Part shown: positions 59,092 through 64,000 of the stretch, one piece after another
How the letters are laid out: every line of letters starts with the position of its first letter
Position numbering within the stretch: the stretch's first letter is position 1
Translations under genes and position numbers: made by a program
The notes under the pieces: model-generated
Database searches by the model: none
Seen by the model: the letters and a program-made list of their open reading frames with translations, nothing else
What the model was told of the DNA's origin: nothing
Source: an uncultured Bordetella sp.
GTDB lineage: Bacteria; Pseudomonadota; Gammaproteobacteria; Burkholderiales; SG8-41
Direction of reading: 5' to 3'
Length of the DNA: 64,000 nt
Assembly: GCA_964486865.1 (NCBI GenBank)
Contig: CAZAOZ010000002.1
Span: forward strand, 2,381 to 66,380

Positions 59092-60345
59092 TTACTCGGG
59101 CCGCTGAATCTGGTAGAGCCGCGCGATCATCGCCGCGAGTTCATCGCGCTCATCGTGCGCGGCGTGGTTCAGCGCATGCGACGGCGGGTGCATGAACTTG
59201 TTGGTCAGCGCACGCGACAGTGCCTCGATGACTTCCTGCGGATCGTCACCCCGGGCGAGGCGGCGCTGCGCACGCTCCAGTTCGTTGCGGCGGGCGCGCT
59301 CCGCGGTGTCGCGCAGCGCGCGGATGGTCGGCACCAGTTCGCGATTGTCGAGCCAGTGCATGAAATCCGAAACCTGGTTCTCGATGATGACCTCGGCCTG
59401 GGCCACGGCATTTTCGCGCTGATCCATGCCCTCGCGCGCGATCTGGCCGAGATCATCGACCGTGTACAGGAAGGCATCGTCGAGCGCACTCACTTCCGCT
59501 TCGATGTCGCGCGGCACCGCCAGATCAAACAACAGCATCGGCCGGTGCTTGCGCGCCTTCAGCGCACTTTCGACCACCCCTTTGCCGATGATGGGCAGCG
59601 GGCTCGCGGTGCAGCAGATGATGATGTCGTACAGCGCCAGTTGGGCGGCAAGATCGTTCAGCGGAATGACATGGCCGAAAAAGCGGTCGGCCAGTTGCTG
59701 CGCGCGCGCCTGCGTGCGGTTGGCGAAAGTCATGCGCCGCGGATGATGCGCGGCAAAATGCGTCGCCACCAGATCGATCATTTCGCCGGCGCCGACCAGC
59801 AGCACACTCTGCTCCGCGATGCTCGGATAAATGCGCCCGGCCAGCCGCACCGCCGCCGCCGCCATCGACACCGTGTTCGCGCCAATGTCGGTTTCGCTGC
59901 GCACGGATTTCGCCACCGAAAACGTGCGCTGGAACAGCTTGTTCAGCAGCCAGCCCAGCGTGCCGGCGGCTTCGGCGGTACGCACCGCGTCCTTGAACTG
60001 GCCGAGGATCTGCGGCTCACCCAGCACCATCGAGTCCAGCCCGCTGGCCACGCGGAAGGCGTGTTTCACGGCGCGATCCTGCGGCAGCTCGTAGAGATAG
60101 GGCGCGATCTGCGACGGTTTCAGGTGGTGATAACCGGCCAGCCATTCCACGGCATGCACCGGCTCCACGGTCGAGCAGTACACCTCCGTGCGGTTGCAGG
60201 TCGAAATGATCGCCGCCTCGCTGACCGGCCGGCGATCGACCAGATCGCGCAGCGCCTGCGTCAATTGTTCGGCGTGGAATACCACCCGCTCGCGCACATC
60301 GAGCGGCGCGGTCTGGTGATTGAGTCCGAAGGCGAACAGCGGCAT
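59092..60345 (-). CDS. hemA: glutamyl-tRNA reductase
   Basis: ORF 59092..60390 trimmed to ATG at 60345 ([23 protein letters not shown]...STCNRTEVY...). hemA-prfA-prmC synteny. Confidence 0.92.
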   Translation of the reverse strand: MPLFAFGLNHQTAPLDVRERVVFHAEQLTQALRDLVDRRPVSEAAIISTCNRTEVYCSTVEPVHAVEWLAGYHHLKPSQIAPYLYELPQDRAVKHAFRVASGLDSMVLGEPQILGQFKDAVRTAEAAGTLGWLLNKLFQRTFSVAKSVRSETDIGANTVSMAAAAVRLAGRIYPSIAEQSVLLVGAGEMIDLVATHFAAHHPRRMTFANRTQARAQQLADRFFGHVIPLNDLAAQLALYDIIICCTASPLPIIGKGVVESALKARKHRPMLLFDLAVPRDIEAEVSALDDAFLYTVDDLGQIAREGMDQRENAVAQAEVIIENQVSDFMHWLDNRELVPTIRALRDTAERARRNELERAQRRLARGDDPQEVIEALSRALTNKFMHPPSHALNHAAHDERDELAAMIARLYQIQRPE

Positions 60346-60467
60346 GGGCGTGTAATGTAATCCTGAAAACGGCGATTCCGAAAACGGCAATCCCGAAAAA
60401 TGTCTTATATTTTAACTGCTTACCGCTGCCCCTGCCACTTGGCGGCGCCGCATAACCGTCTGGCCGG

Positions 60468-61445
60468 TCAATGCTCCGTGATGCCCGCGTCCTTGATCAG
60501 CCGGGTCCACTTCGCCAGCTCCGTTTTGAAGTAGCTGCGAAACGCCTGCGGGTCTTTCAGCTCCGGATCCAGCCCGGCGTTCTGCAGCTGCTCCAGCACA
60601 TCAGGCAGCGCCATGGTCGCAACGGTTTCCTTGTACATGCGTCCGACAATCGCGGCCGGCGTTTTCGCCGGAAAGGCAAAACCCAGCCAGCCGCTGGCCT
60701 CGAATCCCGCGTAACCGCTCTCCGCGATGGCCGGAACGTCCGGCAATATCGGCGAGCGCCTGAGGCTGGTGACGCCCAGGCCGCGCAGCTTGCCGGACCG
60801 CACATGCGGCGCGCCGGTGGAAATGATCCCCGCTGAAAAAGGCACCTGTCCGGACAGCACATCGACCACCGCCGGACCGCCGCCCTTGTACGGCACGTTG
60901 ATCACGCGGATGCCCGCGGTGTGGCTGAACAACTCGAACGCCAGATGCGCAATGCTGCCCCGGCCCGGATTGGCGACGGCGATTCTGTCCGGCTGCTGTT
61001 TGACCAGCGCCACAAAATCCCTGAGCGTTCTGGATGCGTTCGACGGATGCGTGGCGAGCAGGATGCTCACTGCGACCAGTTGCGCCACCGGCGCAAAATC
61101 ATTGACCGGATCGTAGGGCATCTTGCCCAGCAATCCCGGGCTCATCGCGATCGAAGACACCGACGCCAGCACCATGGTGTAGCCGTCGGGCGCGGCTTTC
61201 GCCAGCATGTCATGCGCAATGTTGCCGCCGGCGCCGGGGCGGTTATCCACCACCAGTTGCTGCCCCAGCCGCGGGCCGAGCTTCGCCGCCACCACGCGCG
61301 CCACCAGGTCATTGGCGCCGCCCGGCGCAAAGCCGACCAGCAGGCGCACCGGCCGCACGGGATAGGCGTCCGCCGCCCACGCCGGCGGCGCTGCCGCTAT
61401 CGCCGCGACGAACGCCGCATAAGCATGCCATTTTGGATTTTTCAT
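60468..61445 (-). CDS. Bug/TctC family tripartite tricarboxylate transporter substrate-binding protein (orphan)
   Basis: ORF 60468..61445. Signal peptide followed by ...YPVRPVRLLVGFAPGGANDLVARVV..., the typical Bug family start. No tctA or tctB adjacent. Confidence 0.82.
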   Translation of the reverse strand: MKNPKWHAYAAFVAAIAAAPPAWAADAYPVRPVRLLVGFAPGGANDLVARVVAAKLGPRLGQQLVVDNRPGAGGNIAHDMLAKAAPDGYTMVLASVSSIAMSPGLLGKMPYDPVNDFAPVAQLVAVSILLATHPSNASRTLRDFVALVKQQPDRIAVANPGRGSIAHLAFELFSHTAGIRVINVPYKGGGPAVVDVLSGQVPFSAGIISTGAPHVRSGKLRGLGVTSLRRSPILPDVPAIAESGYAGFEASGWLGFAFPAKTPAAIVGRMYKETVATMALPDVLEQLQNAGLDPELKDPQAFRSYFKTELAKWTRLIKDAGITEH

Positions 61446-61536
61446 TGCGTCTCCTCGTGCTTACACATTGTAGAGGAAGCGTTGCGGCGCTACCACGCGA
61501 CATATAATCTTCGGCATTCAGGAGAACCCCACGCCC

Positions 61537-61998
61537 ATGATCACCCTGTCACAAGCTGAAAAAATAATCGACGCCATACTCGCGCGCGCCCGCGAACTGC
61601 AGTGCCGCCCCATTTCGGCGGTGGTGGTGGAACCCGGCGCCATCATCAAGGCATTCAAAAAAGAAGACGGCTCTTCAATGCTGCGCTTCGAAATGGCCAT
61701 GGGCAAAGCCTATGCCGCGCTGGCGCTGGGGCGCTCATCGAGCCTGGTGCGGGAACGCGCCGAAGCGCGGCCGCTGTTCATGGATTTCCTGTTCAAGGCT
61801 TCCGAGGACAAAATATTCGCCGAAGGCGGCGGTATGCTGATCCGCGCTGCAAACGGCGAACCGCTGGGCGCGGTCGGCGTCACCGGCGACACCCAGGAAC
61901 AGGACGAAGCACTCGCCGCGCACGGCATCCGCGCGGCAGGACTCAAGACCGATGAGGATTGCGCCGGTCTGGCGCATCCGGTGCGGCTGAAGAATTAA
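61537..61998 (+). CDS. GlcG/HbpS-like heme-binding protein (DUF336)
   Basis: ORF 61537..61998 reads MITLSQAEKIIDAILARA...MAMGKAYAALALG...GGGMLI...GAVGVTGDTQEQDE. Confidence 0.75.
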   Translation: MITLSQAEKIIDAILARARELQCRPISAVVVEPGAIIKAFKKEDGSSMLRFEMAMGKAYAALALGRSSSLVRERAEARPLFMDFLFKASEDKIFAEGGGMLIRAANGEPLGAVGVTGDTQEQDEALAAHGIRAAGLKTDEDCAGLAHPVRLKN

Positions 61999-62031
61999 CG
62001 GGCCGGGTGTTTACGTGCCGGGCAACACAGC

Positions 62032-62115
62032 ATGCGCATCAACGATCAATACCGGCTGTGTTTCCGATGGACTGATTCCGGCCCGGAAAACGTGGAAATT
62101 GTGGACTATCACTGA
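62032..62115 (+). pseudogene. higB: truncated higB (RelE/ParE-superfamily killer protein) remnant, C-terminal ~27 codons only
   Basis: Hand translation gives (M)RINDQYRLCFRWTDSGPENVEIVDYH*, the characteristic HigB C-terminus. An in-frame TAA at 61996-61998 (also the glcG stop) closes the frame upstream, so about 60 N-terminal codons are missing. It ends 12 nt before higA. Confidence 0.6.
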
Positions 62116-62127
62116 CGGAGAAATATC

Positions 62128-62427
62128 ATGTTCAAGAACGGCATGCGGCCCGTGCATCCCGGTGAAATTCTGCGCGAGGATTATCTGGCGCCGCTCAGCA
62201 TGAGCGCGAACGCGCTCGCCAAGGCGCTGAACGTACCCGCGCCGCGTATCAATGATGTCGTGCGTGAGCGGCGCGGCATCACCGCCGACACGGCGATGAG
62301 GCTTGCGCGTTATTTTGGCGGTGATGCGCGCTCGTGGCTCAATCTGCAGGCGGCGTATGACCTGCGGCTCGCGGAGCAAGCCAACGCCAAGCGTATCGAA
62401 CGCGAGATTACGCCTGCGCCGGCCTGA
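62128..62427 (+). CDS. higA: HigA-family antitoxin (XRE HTH)
   Basis: ORF 62128..62427 reads MFKNGMRPVHPGEILREDYLAPLSMSANALAKALNVPAPRINDVVRERRGITADTAMRLARYFG. Confidence 0.82.
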   Translation: MFKNGMRPVHPGEILREDYLAPLSMSANALAKALNVPAPRINDVVRERRGITADTAMRLARYFGGDARSWLNLQAAYDLRLAEQANAKRIEREITPAPA

Positions 62428-62471
62428 TCAATGGAATGAAACGATACTGCCGCGCGCAAGACAGCGTCCTT

Positions 62472-62642
62472 TCAGGACGCGATGGCGATCATGTCGAAAT
62501 CGGCCTTGGTCGCCCCGCAATGCGGGCAGGTCCAGTCGGCCGGCACATCTTCCCAGCGCGTTCCCGGCGCAATGCCTTCATCGGGCAGCCCGGCGGCTTC
62601 GTCATAGATGAAGTTGCACAGGATGCACTGCCATTTCTTCAT
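62472..62642 (-). CDS. rubredoxin
   Basis: Below the ORF track cutoff. Hand translation gives MKKWQCILCNFIYDEAAGLPDEGIAPGTRWEDVPADWTCPHCGATKADFDMIAIAS (56 aa), with both CxxC knuckles and the conserved WxD and aromatic pattern. Confidence 0.85.
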   Translation of the reverse strand: MKKWQCILCNFIYDEAAGLPDEGIAPGTRWEDVPADWTCPHCGATKADFDMIAIAS

Positions 62643-62656
62643 GCCGCGCCCTGCAA

Positions 62657-63679
62657 TCAGCGCTGCCCGTTTTGCTGCTGTTCATTCAGCAGCTGCTCAT
62701 TCAACATTCGTTCGCCGCGCACAAAATGCTGCACGTTGCCGGTAAACACCGCTGCCGCGCGCCGGTCGTTGCCGTCGGATGCAGAGGCATTGTGCGGCGA
62801 CACGATGACGTTGGGAATGTTCCACAGCGGTGAATCCGCGGGCAGCGGTTCTTTCTCGAACACGTCGAGATAGGCGCCGGCGATCTGCTTGCTCTGCAGC
62901 GCGGCAATCAGCGCTTGTTCATCGGCGACCGCGCCGCGCGCGACGTTGATCAGATGCGCATGCCTGGGCATCAGCGCCAGCGTTCCGGCGTTGACCAGTT
63001 GGTGGGTCTCTTTGGTGTACGGACAGGCCAGCACCAGCCAGTCGCAGCGCGGCAGCAGTTCCGGCAATTTGTCGAGCGTGTGAATTTCATCGACCGGATC
63101 GCCGTCGCGTTTGGGACTGCGCCGTACGCCGATCACGGTCATGCCGAGCGCCTTGCAGAGCCGCGCCACCGTCGCCCCGATATTGCCGAGGCCGACGACG
63201 ATCACCGTCTGCCCGCGCAGGTCGCGCGGCACGTCCTTGCCGCGCGCGGGATCCCAGCGCCGCTCGCGCTGTGCGGCAATCCAGCGCGGGAAACCGCGCG
63301 CCAGCATCAGCAGGCCGCCGATGGCCGTCAGCCCGACCGGTTCGCCGTTGCTGCCGGCCGAAGTGGTCAGCCGCACCTTGCGTTCATGCAGCGCCGGCAG
63401 GAACGGATGCTGGTCGATGCCGGTGCTGGTGAAATGCACCCACTTCAGGTTGGGCGCGGCCTTCACGGTTTCGCTGAAGGTGTGATAGTGATCGGAGAAG
63501 CGGATGTCGCGCGTCAGGTAGGCGATTTCGATCTGCGCCAGTTCCTCCTCGGACAGCCGCTGTGCCGGATCTTCGGGCAGGTGAATGATCCGCGGCGTCG
63601 TTCCTGCGGCCGTGGCCGCGGCCCGCAGTTCCGCGCCGAACTGCGCAATAAAACCCTTCGACAGCAGCATGCCGGTCAT
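62657..63679 (-). CDS. D-isomer-specific 2-hydroxyacid dehydrogenase family protein
   Basis: ORF 62657..63679. NAD motif VVGLGNIGATVARL and the catalytic-region pattern ...INVARGAVADE...SPHNA.... Confidence 0.8.
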   Translation of the reverse strand: MTGMLLSKGFIAQFGAELRAAATAAGTTPRIIHLPEDPAQRLSEEELAQIEIAYLTRDIRFSDHYHTFSETVKAAPNLKWVHFTSTGIDQHPFLPALHERKVRLTTSAGSNGEPVGLTAIGGLLMLARGFPRWIAAQRERRWDPARGKDVPRDLRGQTVIVVGLGNIGATVARLCKALGMTVIGVRRSPKRDGDPVDEIHTLDKLPELLPRCDWLVLACPYTKETHQLVNAGTLALMPRHAHLINVARGAVADEQALIAALQSKQIAGAYLDVFEKEPLPADSPLWNIPNVIVSPHNASASDGNDRRAAAVFTGNVQHFVRGERMLNEQLLNEQQQNGQR

Positions 63680-63703
63680 CGCCTGGCCTTCCAGCAGCCG
63701 TGA

Positions 63704-64000
63704 TCAGCGCTTGTCGCGCTTGAACAGCGCGTCGAGCTTCTGTTCGTAGGCGTGATAGTCGAGATAATCGTAGAGATCGTCGCGCGACTGCATCAGCTCC
63801 ACGACATTTTTCTGGTGCCCTTCCTTGCGGATGCTCTGGTACACGCGCAGCGCCGCGGCATTGGCGGCGCGCCAGGCCGACAGCGGATACAGCGCCATCG
63901 CGACGTTGGCGCCCGCCAGTTCCTGCGTGGTGAACAGCGGCGTCTGGCCGAACTCGGTGATGTTGGCGAGGATCGGTACCTTGACTGCGTCGGCGAATTT
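63704..64000 (-). CDS. prpB: 2-methylisocitrate lyase, C-terminal part (5' end beyond window)
   Basis: The frame is open to the window edge: [64 protein letters not shown]...YEQKLDALF. This closely resembles the PrpB C-terminus as I recall it. Confidence 0.75.
   Translation of the reverse strand, partial: KFADAVKVPILANITEFGQTPLFTTQELAGANVAMALYPLSAWRAANAAALRVYQSIRKEGHQKNVVELMQSRDDLYDYLDYHAYEQKLDALFKRDKR

Noticed and set aside
62436-62873. 145-aa plus-strand ORF.
   Set aside because: It overlaps a textbook rubredoxin and the 3' end of the 2-hydroxyacid dehydrogenase on the other strand. It has no recognisable motifs.

Overview
This is a high-GC chromosomal segment, above 65% by eye. Gene content and synteny fit a betaproteobacterium; I cannot place it more precisely without a search. 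Most of the window is tightly packed core genome, mainly on the minus strand. In order it holds rng-maf-rlmH-rsfS-nadD, aceE-aceF and phaC. Next come a LiuR-like MerR regulator with methylglutaconyl-CoA hydratase-like and HMG-CoA lyase genes, then a complete ccmABCDEFGHI cytochrome c maturation operon. After that: a CrtI-like/SGNH/MFS operon, tRNA-Arg(CCG), cytochrome c5, apaH, plsC-like, slyB-like, a PfkB kinase, mscL, dgkA, tpx and gcvH. Then prmA-accC-accB-aroQ, tlpA-like/dsbD/cutA, hemY-hemX-hemD-hemC, an algZ/algR-like two-component pair and argH. The window ends with grxD, prmC-prfA-hemA, a Bug/TctC binding protein, glcG, a D-2-hydroxyacid dehydrogenase and the 3' end of prpB. Three short genes are missing from the ORF track and were found by hand translation: ccmD, a rubredoxin and a truncated higB remnant. 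Two places look like more than ordinary core genome. (1) A roughly 1.3 kb low-GC islet (13553-14926) lies between a DUF2889 gene and ccmI. It carries a BrnT/BrnA toxin-antitoxin pair. On the same strand it also has a Shine-Dalgarno-led 21-codon ORF overlapping the start of an unrecognisable 192-aa ORF, and that ORF is bracketed exactly by a perfect 12-bp inverted repeat. (2) A non-canonical sulfoacetaldehyde acetyltransferase (xsc)-like locus (48954-55840) has a LacI regulator, a near-perfect LacI-type operator, a 977-aa FAD/Fe-S (YdiJ-like) dehydrogenase and a TauE/SafE-like exporter. No pta or known sulfoacetaldehyde-generating gene is in the window. Smaller signals are a perfect FNR/CRP-type box inside the ccm operon, two matching MerR-type operators flanking the liuR-like gene, and a two-copy REP-like element. 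There is also a 4x heptamer repeat ahead of nadD and a 420-nt AT-rich non-coding gap. No CRISPR array, transposase, integrase or rRNA was seen.
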